Below, piece after piece: positions 1 through 8,786 of a stretch of 64,000 nt of DNA. How positions within the stretch are numbered: position 1 is the first letter of the stretch; each line of letters begins with the position of its first letter. The stretch is taken from positions 42,149 through 106,148 of the forward strand of contig DATDIQ010000025.1 in the NCBI GenBank assembly GCA_036520995.1, given 5' to 3'. This DNA is from Terracidiphilus sp. Its GTDB lineage: Bacteria > Acidobacteriota > Terriglobia > Terriglobales > Acidobacteriaceae. A program made the translations under genes and the position numbers. The notes beneath the pieces were generated by a model, which saw only the letters and a list, made by a program, of their open reading frames with translations, was not told the DNA's origin and searched no databases.

Positions 1-93
1 CTGAAACTTTGACGAGAAGCGGACGCGCGCCACGGCGTGTTGCGTCGCCCGCGTCGCCTGCGTCTGCCGCTTCAATCGACTGGCTGGTGTTGT

Positions 94-996
94 TTAGCTC
101 GGAACCGACAGATAGTTGAGCAGCGTGTTGGGCAGCACCTTGGCTGCGGCCGCCAGGGCCGCGCTATTGTCGGTCTCTGCCTGGCTCAACTGCGTCGCGG
201 CCTGGGCCATGTCTACGCCCACCAGCGACGTCTGCTGCGTGGAGAGATTCACCGTCTCCTGCTGCAGGTAGGTGTCCTGCGAGTTCAACTGGCCCTCTGC
301 GTTCGCATAGAAGACGCGCTGCTGATCGACATAATTTAACGCCGTGGTCACCGCATTGGTCGCGGTCGAGATGGATGCCGAATTGCCGCTCTGCAAAGCA
401 GTCACAAGCGAGCTCAGCGACTGCAGCACATTGGTTGTCGAATTCGAGAAGATCTGGCTGCCGGGAAGATTCACCTGGATGCTGGTGTTGTCTCCCACCA
501 TGACCGAGTTGGTATTGTTGTTGCCGTTGTAGGTGTAGCCTGAGGGCGACGACGGATCGGCCGTGTACGGCGTCGTGGTGCTTGCCGTACCGGCGAAGAG
601 GTAGTTGCCCTGGTAGGAAAGATTGGCCTGCGTCACCACGCCTGCCAGGATGCCCTGCACCTGCTGCGCGATCGCCTGCTGGTTCGCGGCGGAATTGGTC
701 CCGGTGGCGCCTTCGGTGCCCAGCGAGATGGCCTGGGTCAGCGAAGATACCACGGTGCTCAGCGCCGAATCGGCCGACTGCACCATCGAGAGCTCGCCGG
801 TCACGTTCTTCGTGTACTGATCGACGTTGCTCGTCTCAACCGTGTTCTGCACCATGTCGGCCGCGGCTGCGGGGTTGTCGGAGGGCACATTGACGCTTTT
901 GCCCGTCGCTACCTGCTGCAGAGCCATGTTCAGCGTCGACTGACTCTGTTGCAAGTCAGCCAGGATGTCGGGAACCATGTTCGAATTAATGCGCAT
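94..996 (-). CDS. flgL: flagellar hook-associated protein 3 (hook-filament junction) FlgL
   Basis: 300-aa ORF with a flagellin-type N-terminus (MRINSNM...LQQSQSTL) and a flagellin-like C-terminal helix. It lies directly downstream of flgK. Confidence 0.85.
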   Translation of the reverse strand: MRINSNMVPDILADLQQSQSTLNMALQQVATGKSVNVPSDNPAAAADMVQNTVETSNVDQYTKNVTGELSMVQSADSALSTVVSSLTQAISLGTEGATGTNSAANQQAIAQQVQGILAGVVTQANLSYQGNYLFAGTASTTTPYTADPSSPSGYTYNGNNNTNSVMVGDNTSIQVNLPGSQIFSNSTTNVLQSLSSLVTALQSGNSASISTATNAVTTALNYVDQQRVFYANAEGQLNSQDTYLQQETVNLSTQQTSLVGVDMAQAATQLSQAETDNSAALAAAAKVLPNTLLNYLSVPS

Positions 997-1001
997 AAGT
1001 T

Positions 1002-2381
1002 TTAGTAGGACTGGCTCGAGCCCATGTCGAGGGTTACGGTGCCCAGCGCCTGAACGGTGCTGATGATCCGCGCCGCGGCCTCGTAAGCCGTTTGGTAGCG
1101 GATCAGGTTGGTAGTTTCTTCGTCGATGTTCACACCGGACTCCGAGCTCTGCTGGTTGGTTAACGACAGCAGGTTGGCGCCGATGGCCGACGACTGCGAA
1201 GTTGCACTCGATGTAGCGTTGCCCACCTGGTACACCAGGCTTGCGTATGCCGCCGCCGGCGTCTCTCCCGAAGGCAGCGCATTGTTGACCGCTGCTGCCA
1301 GGTTCACAACGTTGCCGTTGCTTCCCGGCGCACCGTCGGAGCTGATGGCAATCTGCGCCGGGTTGGTGATGGCCACGCTGATGCCCGCCGCGGCTTGGCT
1401 CGCGCTCGCCGGCAGGTTGAAAAACTTGCCGCCGGCATTGCCGTTCGAGTCAAACCCCGCAGCCTGCGCGCTGTTGAAGGCTGTGGCAAACTGCGTCGCC
1501 AGTGTGTTCAGCTGGTTGAGATAGCTCGGAATCGTCTGGTCGCGAATCGTAAGCGCGCCGCCCAGTTGCCCGCCCTGGATCGAGGCCGTAATGTTGTTCC
1601 CCGACGAATCGATCACCTGCTGCAACCCGTTTGTGCCGGTCGTAGTCTGCAGCGAGAATGCCTGGTTGCCGACCACCAGCGGACTTCCATTCGCCGTCGT
1701 GATGGTCTCGCCATTATCGCTCTGCGCAACCGAGATCCCAGTTAGCTTTGAAAGTTGATTCACCAGCTGGTCGCGCTGGTCTTCGACGGTGCCGCCGCTC
1801 TGCCCGGCCGCCGTCAACTGAAAAACCTGCCCGTTGAGAGTCGCGATCTGCTGCGACAGCGAGTTGATCTGCGCCACCGTCTGCGTCACCTGGCTGTCGG
1901 CCGCCGATTGCGCGCTGGTGAGGCCGCTTGCCGTTTGATTGAACGATTGCGCCAGGTTCTCTCCGGTCGAGATCACACTCTGCTGCGCCGCGGTGCTCGA
2001 CGAGTTCGCCGAAAGCTGTGCGATGCTGCTTGAAAATGCCGACAGCGCGCTGGCGATGTCTCCACCCGTGGTGGTGAAGTAGTTTTGAATCTGCTGCAAA
2101 CTCGACGACTGCGTATCGACGCTGCTTTGCTCCGAGGTCTGCTGGTTGATCTGCAGATTGAGCAGCTCATCGCGCACGCTCTGCAAGCCGGTCAGCGTCA
2201 CGCCGCCGCCCTGCACCTGGCCGCCGGTAAAGTTCAGCGTGCCCTCTGAAAACTGCGGCACCTCGCGCGTATATCCCGGCGTGTTGGCGTTGGCGATATT
2301 GTTGCTGGTCGCGTTAAGCGCGCCTTGCGTCGATTCCAGCGCCTGCACGCCAATGTACAGCGAAGTTGTCAATCCACCCAT
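1002..2381 (-). CDS. flgK: flagellar hook-associated protein 1 FlgK
   Basis: 459 aa. N-terminal axial-protein motif (SLYIGVQAL...NNIANANTPGYTR) and C-terminal LIRYQTAYEAAARII motif typical of FlgK. Confidence 0.9.
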   Translation of the reverse strand: MGGLTTSLYIGVQALESTQGALNATSNNIANANTPGYTREVPQFSEGTLNFTGGQVQGGGVTLTGLQSVRDELLNLQINQQTSEQSSVDTQSSSLQQIQNYFTTTGGDIASALSAFSSSIAQLSANSSSTAAQQSVISTGENLAQSFNQTASGLTSAQSAADSQVTQTVAQINSLSQQIATLNGQVFQLTAAGQSGGTVEDQRDQLVNQLSKLTGISVAQSDNGETITTANGSPLVVGNQAFSLQTTTGTNGLQQVIDSSGNNITASIQGGQLGGALTIRDQTIPSYLNQLNTLATQFATAFNSAQAAGFDSNGNAGGKFFNLPASASQAAAGISVAITNPAQIAISSDGAPGSNGNVVNLAAAVNNALPSGETPAAAYASLVYQVGNATSSATSQSSAIGANLLSLTNQQSSESGVNIDEETTNLIRYQTAYEAAARIISTVQALGTVTLDMGSSQSY

Positions 2382-2386
2382 GGCAG

Positions 2387-2815
2387 CTACACCTGGCAGG
2401 ACCAGGTCTGCTGCTTCAACCTGGGGCCTGCGCCCTCCTGAATTTGGCCCCGATACGAACTGAATAGCGAGACCATCAACGCAATTGAGTGACTGGAAAG
2501 CTTCAGCAGCGCGGAATAGCGCTGGTTCAACGCCTGCAGCGTTTCGCCGGCGCGATGAATTTGATGGATGAGCCCCTGGTCGCCTTCAAGAGAAGCCGCG
2601 GCGGAACGCCCCTGGATGGGCCGGCCCAGATCGTCCGCGAGTTCGCGAAGACGCGCAGATAAAGCCTGTTGGCTGGTGACGCTGTCTTCTAGCGAAGGGA
2701 GAGAATTCTGGGAGATCGCACCCATGGCCCGATCCAGCTCATGCGCCATGGCATGCAAAAGATCGAGGTACTCCCCGAGCTTGCTGTTCCGGTCCTGGAC
2801 TTGAGTCGCGATCAT
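2387..2815 (-). CDS. FlgN-like flagellar export chaperone (weak sequence assignment)
   Basis: 142-aa helical protein between flgM and flgK. The size and position are classical for FlgN. I recognise no strong motif. Confidence 0.5.
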   Translation of the reverse strand: MIATQVQDRNSKLGEYLDLLHAMAHELDRAMGAISQNSLPSLEDSVTSQQALSARLRELADDLGRPIQGRSAAASLEGDQGLIHQIHRAGETLQALNQRYSALLKLSSHSIALMVSLFSSYRGQIQEGAGPRLKQQTWSCQV

Positions 2816-2861
2816 GTTGTGGATGTTTCCTCAGGCCTCGAGCCTGATTGCTTGCTTCAAC

Positions 2862-3146
2862 TCAGGCGTGCTCGTCCAGCATCGACGAAGCAATTTTGCC
2901 CGGATCAAGCGGATAGGTCCCGTTGTTGATGGCCTGCTGCAGGCTGGCCACCTTGTCCTCGCGAATCTCCGGCGACTTCATGGCCGTGCTCACCAGCGAA
3001 GCCAGCGACTGGGTGTCCGACGTGAAAGTGGTTCGATCCTCGCCACCGGCAACGCCCGACGCGGCAGGGTTGTTGCCGCTCACCTGCTGTGAGTTGGTTT
3101 CGGGTGCGATCTGGCTCGCAGCCGTCTGGTTAAGATCGATTCTCAT
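2862..3146 (-). CDS. flgM: anti-sigma-28 factor FlgM
   Basis: 94 aa. C-terminal KVASLQQAINNGTYPLDPGKIASSML matches the FlgM sigma28-binding region. ATG at 3146 checked, with a GAAGGAG Shine-Dalgarno upstream. Confidence 0.8.
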   Translation of the reverse strand: MRIDLNQTAASQIAPETNSQQVSGNNPAASGVAGGEDRTTFTSDTQSLASLVSTAMKSPEIREDKVASLQQAINNGTYPLDPGKIASSMLDEHA

Positions 3147-3173
3147 TGCGACTCCTTCACTGGACCTGCGCTT

Positions 3174-3201
3174 CTATCGGCACCCTGCTCCAAAAAGTTT
3201 A
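3174..3201 (-). promoter_or_regulatory. sigma28 (FliA)-type promoter upstream of flgM
   Basis: Minus strand reads TAAA-N16-GCCGATAG (-10 box at 3174-3181, -35 at 3198-3201). It lies in the 70-bp gap between flgJ and flgM, 28 nt upstream of the flgM ATG. Confidence 0.55.
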
Positions 3202-3216
3202 ATCCGTTTCTCAGGT

Positions 3217-3624
3217 TTATTTCTTCGCCTGGGCGGTGCCATTCTGATGTCCTTCAGCTTCAGCAGCCTTACTCTTATCTGCTTCATGATGAAGGGCTTG
3301 TGCGATCATCTTGCCGATCCCGATGCCCCCGGTCGCCGCCAAACCGCCGGCCAGCGACTGAACCCCCAGGCTCATCATTTGGTCCCGCCCGGCCGCATCT
3401 TCGTCGTCTTCCGCCCCCGGCACGGTGGCCATCGACTGCTCCGCCTGCTGCAGCCAGTTGCTCAGCAGCATCGACTCAAACTCCGTGGCGCTCTTCTCAA
3501 TCTTCCCGTCGTTGCCCGACGCCTGCTGCCCTTGCAGCTGCCGGAGCATCCGGCTCTCCTGCGATTGCAGAAGATTCGACTGCGCCTGCGCCATCATCGA
3601 TCCCGAAACTATGCCCGATCCCAC
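3217..3624 (-). CDS. flgJ: rod-binding protein (single-domain FlgJ, no muramidase domain)
   Basis: 135 aa with the rod-binding motif ATEFESMLLSNWLQQAEQS. GTG start at 3624 overlaps the flgI stop by 1 nt. Confidence 0.7.
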   Translation of the reverse strand: MGSGIVSGSMMAQAQSNLLQSQESRMLRQLQGQQASGNDGKIEKSATEFESMLLSNWLQQAEQSMATVPGAEDDEDAAGRDQMMSLGVQSLAGGLAATGGIGIGKMIAQALHHEADKSKAAEAEGHQNGTAQAKK

Positions 3625-4925
3625 TACTGCACCTCCACTTCGGCCTGGATGCCGCCTTCCGCCTTGATGGCCTCGAGAATCGCCACCACATCGTGCGCCG
3701 TCGTCCCGATCGCATGCAGCCCGTTCACCAGCTCTTCCACGTTGGCGCCGTCATCCAGCCGCATGGTCTGCGTCGGCGAGTCATTGACCGTCACGCTCTG
3801 CTCGGGAACCAGCGCTGCCGTCGGATTCGCGACGAAGCTGCGATCCTCGCGGCGAGCTCCGCCATCCTCGGCCTGAGCCCGTTCCCCACCAGTCCCGCCC
3901 GTCTCCCGCGCTCCGCCGCCGCTCCCTGCATTCCCTCGCCCGCCGCGGCCCTCTGAAGTGCTCGATCCCTGCATACCGCCCAGCGGCAGCACGTTGTACG
4001 ACGTCACCACCTGGATGGAAAGATTGCCGTGAATCACTGAGACCGGGGTCAGCTTCACATCGCCGCCCAGCACGATCGTTCCCGTCCGCTCGTTGATCAC
4101 GATCTTGGCCGGCGTATTCACCGTGAGCGCCAGGTTCTGCAACCGGGAAATCAGCACCGGCACCGAATCCGCGCCCGCATCCGCCACGTTGACATCGACG
4201 CGCGTGCTGTCCACGAGCAACGCCACAGTCTTATGAAACTCCTGGTTCACGGCGTCCGCAATCTCCCGCGCCGTCGTGAAATCCGGATTGCGCAGCAGCA
4301 GCGATACGGTCTTGAAATCGTGTAAGTCCACCGACACATCGCGTTCCACCATGCCGCCGTTGGGAATATTCCCGACCGTGGTCGAGTTCACTTCCTTGCC
4401 GTTTTGGCCATTGCCCGCGACATAGCCGCCCATCACCAGGGGCCCCTGCGCTTCGGCGTAGATCTTCCCATCGGGCCCGTGTAGTGCGCTCATCAGAAGC
4501 ACGCCGCCCACCAGGCTCTTGGCGTCGCCTACCGACGACACCGTCACATCCAGCTTCGATCCAGGACGCGCAAACGGAGGCAGTGAAGCCGTAATGAACA
4601 CTGCAGCCACGTTCTTCACCGTTACCTGCGAAGGAGAGGGCATCAGCACACCCATCTTCTGCATCGCATTCGCGAGCGTCTGCACCGTGAAGAATGTCTG
4701 CTGGCTATCGCCGGTCCGATTCAACCCCACCACCAGCCCATAGCCCACCAGCATGTTGCTGCGCACGCCTTCGACGCTGGTGATGTCCCGGATCAGCACG
4801 TGCCGGTTCGGATTATCCGCACCGGCATAGGGTGCCAGCGGCGCCAGCGCCAGCGTGCAGGCCAGCAAACGCGCCGTCTGCGCGCTGGGCCGAAGCTTCT
4901 TCAAGTCGAATACAAAACTCATCAT
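3624..4925 (-). CDS. flgI: flagellar P-ring protein FlgI (with a G/R/E-rich insertion)
   Basis: Strong FlgI similarity along the ORF (IRDITSVEGVRSNMLVGYGLVVGLNRTGD ... LHAIGTTAHDVVAILEAIKAEGGIQAEVEV). The ORF track starts at a TTG at 4943. ATG at 4925 (checked) overlaps the flgH stop as TGATG and precedes the signal peptide. Confidence 0.9.
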   Translation of the reverse strand: MMSFVFDLKKLRPSAQTARLLACTLALAPLAPYAGADNPNRHVLIRDITSVEGVRSNMLVGYGLVVGLNRTGDSQQTFFTVQTLANAMQKMGVLMPSPSQVTVKNVAAVFITASLPPFARPGSKLDVTVSSVGDAKSLVGGVLLMSALHGPDGKIYAEAQGPLVMGGYVAGNGQNGKEVNSTTVGNIPNGGMVERDVSVDLHDFKTVSLLLRNPDFTTAREIADAVNQEFHKTVALLVDSTRVDVNVADAGADSVPVLISRLQNLALTVNTPAKIVINERTGTIVLGGDVKLTPVSVIHGNLSIQVVTSYNVLPLGGMQGSSTSEGRGGRGNAGSGGGARETGGTGGERAQAEDGGARREDRSFVANPTAALVPEQSVTVNDSPTQTMRLDDGANVEELVNGLHAIGTTAHDVVAILEAIKAEGGIQAEVEVQ

Positions 4926-5632
4926 CAGAATCCAAGAAGCCAAAGAATGGCCTTCGTAATCCGGTTCGGGGGGCGCGTGCTGTCCGCGATAATCCCCTTC
5001 CCCTTCATCTCCACTTCAAGATTGCTCAAGGCCGTCGAGGGAACCGTGTTGCTCGGGCCAATATCGTTGGGGCGCACGACGCCGCGAATGGTCACGTCCT
5101 CGTGCTGGTTGTTCATGAAAATCTTGCGCTGCGCCTCAACCACCAGGTTGCCGCTCGGCAGCACCGCGATCACCTGCGCCGTCATGCTGGTCTGGAAGGT
5201 CGTATTCGAATCTGTGGCGCCCGATCCTTTCAGCGTTGTGCTTGAGTTTCCAGCAAACAGCGGATTCACGCCGCTCGCCTTCAGATTCCCGGCGAGTCCC
5301 GTGATCGCCGAGGAAGTTTGAAATGCACGCGAGCTGTTCACATCGCCGCTCTGCGTAGCCGTTGTCTGCACCGCAACCAGGATCACCACCGTATCATTCA
5401 GCTTGCGCGCTTTGTAGTCGCCCGAAAGATCGCTTACGTCGCCCGGTGTCCATAGGCTTCCCAGCGTGTGCTCCGGAACAGCCACCTGCTGCTCCTGCAC
5501 ACGATTGACATACTCCGTCCGCAGTTCTGCCGGACTCGTCGCCTTTTTGGCTGCCGCCGCCGGAACGACGCCTGCGAGGAGGGCCGCGCAGAGAACCTGA
5601 ATTTCGATGAAGCGGCCGCCGATCCTGTTCAT
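4925..5632 (-). CDS. flgH: flagellar L-ring lipoprotein FlgH
   Basis: FlgH-like core (GSLWTPG...DYKARKLNDTVVILV...ITAQVIAVLPSGNLVVEAQR). ATG at 5632 (checked) forms an ATGA overlap with the flgA stop. The longer ORF to 5740 overlaps flgA and is unlikely. Confidence 0.85.
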   Translation of the reverse strand: MNRIGGRFIEIQVLCAALLAGVVPAAAAKKATSPAELRTEYVNRVQEQQVAVPEHTLGSLWTPGDVSDLSGDYKARKLNDTVVILVAVQTTATQSGDVNSSRAFQTSSAITGLAGNLKASGVNPLFAGNSSTTLKGSGATDSNTTFQTSMTAQVIAVLPSGNLVVEAQRKIFMNNQHEDVTIRGVVRPNDIGPSNTVPSTALSNLEVEMKGKGIIADSTRPPNRITKAILWLLGF

Positions 5633-6198
5633 AGACTTCCTTTCAACAGGCTTCCGTCCACCACCTCGGCCATGTACGTAATCCGGTGATCCTTGCTCGT
5701 GACGCGAATCTTCTGGCCAAGGCTTCCGTTCTGAAGACAAATCACCTGGATGCGGATGTGTACGTGATCGTTATCCAGCTGCAGCGTGGCGGGCGTTCCG
5801 CTCCGCACCAGGTAATCATGCGGCGAATTGAGCTGCGCCAACGTCGATCCGGTTGCGCCTGTCGAGGTCCCCGCGGCCGTCTGCGAGGAATCATTGGCCT
5901 TCATCTGCACTCCCACAAAAAACGGCATGCACTGTGCTGGGTTCTCGCATTCCAGCCGCGCCATCACGCGCTGATTGCCCCACGGCCGGATCGAACGCAC
6001 CACCAGCCGCGGAGAGTCGGTCGTCGCAACCACGTCGGCCAGCAGCTTCACCTGGGCGGGCTCTACCGCGATGCCAAAGCGCGTCACAGTCGCTGCGATT
6101 TGCGCCGTGCTGATCGCGTAGTGCCCCGGCGCCGCCTGCGCCGCGGAGGCCGCGACCGCCAGCACCATCCACGACAAGATTCCTCTAGTTCGCATCAT
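5629..6198 (-). CDS. flgA: P-ring assembly chaperone FlgA
   Basis: 189 aa with a signal peptide and a SAF-like C-terminal region. Canonical position between flgG and flgH. Confidence 0.7.
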   Translation of the reverse strand: MMRTRGILSWMVLAVAASAAQAAPGHYAISTAQIAATVTRFGIAVEPAQVKLLADVVATTDSPRLVVRSIRPWGNQRVMARLECENPAQCMPFFVGVQMKANDSSQTAAGTSTGATGSTLAQLNSPHDYLVRSGTPATLQLDNDHVHIRIQVICLQNGSLGQKIRVTSKDHRITYMAEVVDGSLLKGSL

Positions 6199-6210
6199 TC
6201 GCTTCCCGGT

Positions 6211-7002
6211 TTACTGCGCAAGCTGGTTCAACTGCTGAAGCATCTCGTCCGCCGCCTTGATCACGCGCGAATTCGACTCATACGAGCGCTGCGCGAGAAT
6301 CATGTTCACAAACTCGTCCACCACATTCACGTTCGACTGCTCGAGCATCCCCTGCTGGATCGTGCCCAACCCTTCAGAACCGCCCGCCGCGCCCACAATC
6401 GGTTCCCCCGATGCCGTCGTCGGCAGATAGATGTTGTTGCCGACGCTATCCAGGCCGCCTGGATTGACAAACGAAGCCAGCTGAAGCACGCCCACCTGCT
6501 GCGCCGAAGTTTGCCCCGGCAGAGTCACGCTCACCGTGCCATCGCTGCCTACCGTGATATTGGTGGCCGATGCAGGAATATTGATCGTCGGCTGTAGCTG
6601 ATTGCCGTTCGCAGTCACCAGGTTTCCCTGCGCATCCGTCTGGAACGATCCGTTGCGCGTATAGCCGAGTTGCCCGTTGGGCATAAGGATCTGGAAGAAC
6701 CCCCCGCCCTGAATGGCAAAGTCCAGCGGATTGCCGGTGCTGGTCAGGTCGCCCTGCGTTTGCACAATCTCTGTATTGCCGGGCCGTGTGCCGAGGCCGA
6801 TCTGCAAGCCTGAAGCCACCGTTGTTTGCTGCGTGGCCGCGGCGCCCGGCATGATGTCGCTTTGATAGAGGAGATCTGAAAACTGGACGCGGCGCGATTG
6901 GAACCCCGACGTGCTCGAGTTGGCCAGGTTGTTCGCGATGTTGTCCAGGTTGATCTGCTGGGCAGTCATTCCGCTGGCAGCGGTATAGAGGGCGTGAAAC
7001 AT
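6211..7002 (-). CDS. flgG: distal rod protein FlgG
   Basis: 263 aa. N-terminal LYTAASGMTAQQINLDNIANNLANSSTSGF and C-terminal EQSNVNVVDEFVNMILAQRSYESNSR are hallmark FlgG motifs. Confidence 0.95.
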   Translation of the reverse strand: MFHALYTAASGMTAQQINLDNIANNLANSSTSGFQSRRVQFSDLLYQSDIMPGAAATQQTTVASGLQIGLGTRPGNTEIVQTQGDLTSTGNPLDFAIQGGGFFQILMPNGQLGYTRNGSFQTDAQGNLVTANGNQLQPTINIPASATNITVGSDGTVSVTLPGQTSAQQVGVLQLASFVNPGGLDSVGNNIYLPTTASGEPIVGAAGGSEGLGTIQQGMLEQSNVNVVDEFVNMILAQRSYESNSRVIKAADEMLQQLNQLAQ

Positions 7003-7013
7003 TTGATCTCCTT

Positions 7014-7751
7014 TTAACTGACCTTCGGCAGGTCCTGCGTTGCCGTTTTATCTATTTCTGAATTGAACATCGAGAGCGCGCGCTGGGCCATTTCAGCCTG
7101 GCGCTGCGCCGTCACCAGTTCCACCATGCTGGCAATCGGATTCACGTTCGAGCTTTCCAGCATTCCCTGCCGCACGTTCGAATTGGTTGCAGCCTTGGCG
7201 GTGTTGGCCGGCGCGGAATAGTAGGTGCTTCCCGCGCTGCTCAATTCCGTTCCTGCGGGGAACTCGACAACCTTGATCTTGCCGGCAACTGCGCCGTCCG
7301 ATGAGATGCTTCCGTCCGGGCTAATCGTCACCTTACCCGGCGGCATCTGAATAACTCCCCGGTCGCCCATCACCGCGTCGCCGCTCGACGTGATCAGCTG
7401 GCCCTTGCTCGAAACTTGAAACGAGCCGTTGCGCGTATACATCGGTCCGTTCGCCGTCTGCACCACAAAAAAGCCGCCGCCCTCGATACCCAGATCGAGC
7501 GGGTTCCCCGTCTTTTGCAGAGCGCCCTGGCTTTGATCGAGCGTGGTCCCCGACAGGATCCCGACACTGTTCATTGCCTGGTTCAGTGGGGTCTGCACCA
7601 GCCCGCCCGCGTCGGCAAGCACTGAGCTGAACACGTTGTGCTCGGCGCGATAGCCGGTCGTGCTGGCGTTGGCCAGGTTGTTGGCGATCGTATCCAACGC
7701 CTGTGTACGCGTCACCAGACCCGTGCACGCGGCATAGTAGCCACTGTCCAT
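7014..7751 (-). CDS. flgF: proximal rod protein FlgF
   Basis: 245 aa with axial-protein N- and C-terminal motifs (ANNLANASTTGYR; LESSNVNPIASMVELVTAQRQAEM). Upstream of flgG. Confidence 0.9.
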   Translation of the reverse strand: MDSGYYAACTGLVTRTQALDTIANNLANASTTGYRAEHNVFSSVLADAGGLVQTPLNQAMNSVGILSGTTLDQSQGALQKTGNPLDLGIEGGGFFVVQTANGPMYTRNGSFQVSSKGQLITSSGDAVMGDRGVIQMPPGKVTISPDGSISSDGAVAGKIKVVEFPAGTELSSAGSTYYSAPANTAKAATNSNVRQGMLESSNVNPIASMVELVTAQRQAEMAQRALSMFNSEIDKTATQDLPKVS

Positions 7752-7774
7752 GGTTCTCCCTTCAACAAGAGATA

Positions 7775-7790
7775 AGCACGGGGCATGCCA
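7775..7790 (-). promoter_or_regulatory. sigma54-type promoter upstream of flgF
   Basis: Minus strand reads TGGCATGCCCCGTGCT, with correct GG-N10-GC spacing. There are 24 nt between the -12 GC and the flgF ATG, including a GGGAGA Shine-Dalgarno. Confidence 0.55.
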
Positions 7791-7994
7791 TCCCAGCAGG
7801 CAAAGTTTGCCTACAAAAAGGGCTTTAAGGGGCTAAAAGTGGAGGAAAAATGAGGGTTGGATGAGAGCGGCATCGATGGAGCAGAACGCGCCCGCCGCAC
7901 GAAGCGCCTTCCTCATCCGAACGCAATCTGCGGGAATCTGCGGCCGCACCGTCCAATGCGTGCCCGGAGCGATCGCCGCAGCCAGCCTCCGAGA

Positions 7995-8753
7995 TTAGGC
8001 CAGCTGCAGCGAAACGGCCGAGCGCGTCTGCATGGGTCGATGATCGCCCGGCGCAGCAGTCGAAGGAGCATATTGGGCGTCTGGATGTGCCTGCTCGACA
8101 ACCGCGGACCAGCGATGCCCCGCGGCATGCGAACGAAGCTCGGAGAAATACTCGGCCACGCATGCGGGCAGCGACCAGGCCTGCGCCATCCGCAATCCCG
8201 CAACCGCCGGATCGGCCGGCACCGCGAAGCTGCGATTCCAGCCTAGAATCGCGGGCAGCGTGCCCAGTTCATGAAACAAACCCACAAGGTAGGCCTCGTC
8301 GGGATTTACCAGAAAGGACGAGGTCTCTTCGGCAAGAAATTTGCAGTTTTCCGCGATAATCCGCGCGTGCGCCCAAGTGTCGATCACTGCCGGCGGACGC
8401 GTGCTCGGCTTCAGCGGCCGGCGCGCGATTGCCTCCAGGCACGCCTGCACACCCAGCCCCGAAATGCAATCCTCAATGCGGGGGACCCGACCGTCCTCAA
8501 AAGCATCCTCGCGACCTGCCAGACGCATGATCTGCAATGTCGCGCCCAGATCGCTGAGAACCACCGTAGAGATTTCGCGCAGATCGACAGATCGCTCGCG
8601 AACCATCAACTCCACACGCAGCAGCGTCTCCGACAGCACCGGTACATCCTGAAGTTCCCGCAACGTCTCCAGCGTGCCTGCCTGCGGCCCCGCCACTCCG
8701 CTTCGCGCCGCGACGACCTCAAACACTCTCTCATTCAGCGCCATGCCACCCAC
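7995..8753 (-). CDS. HDOD-domain signalling protein
   Basis: About 250 aa. LQDVPVLSETLLRVELMV...LREISTVVLSDLGATLQIMRLAG... fits the HDOD pattern. Start is GTG at 8753 or ATG at 8744. It lies 33 nt downstream of the preceding gene. Confidence 0.7.
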   Translation of the reverse strand: MGGMALNERVFEVVAARSGVAGPQAGTLETLRELQDVPVLSETLLRVELMVRERSVDLREISTVVLSDLGATLQIMRLAGREDAFEDGRVPRIEDCISGLGVQACLEAIARRPLKPSTRPPAVIDTWAHARIIAENCKFLAEETSSFLVNPDEAYLVGLFHELGTLPAILGWNRSFAVPADPAVAGLRMAQAWSLPACVAEYFSELRSHAAGHRWSAVVEQAHPDAQYAPSTAAPGDHRPMQTRSAVSLQLA

Positions 8754-8786
8754 CCAGGTACCCTATCGGCAGGTGGCGTCAAATTT

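Noticed and set aside
1-93. Imperfect GC-rich inverted repeat downstream of flgL as a terminator, or the start of another gene
   Set aside because: The stem is imperfect (GCGGACGC vs GCGTCTGCCGC). The region is cut by the window edge, so there is not enough sequence to support a call.
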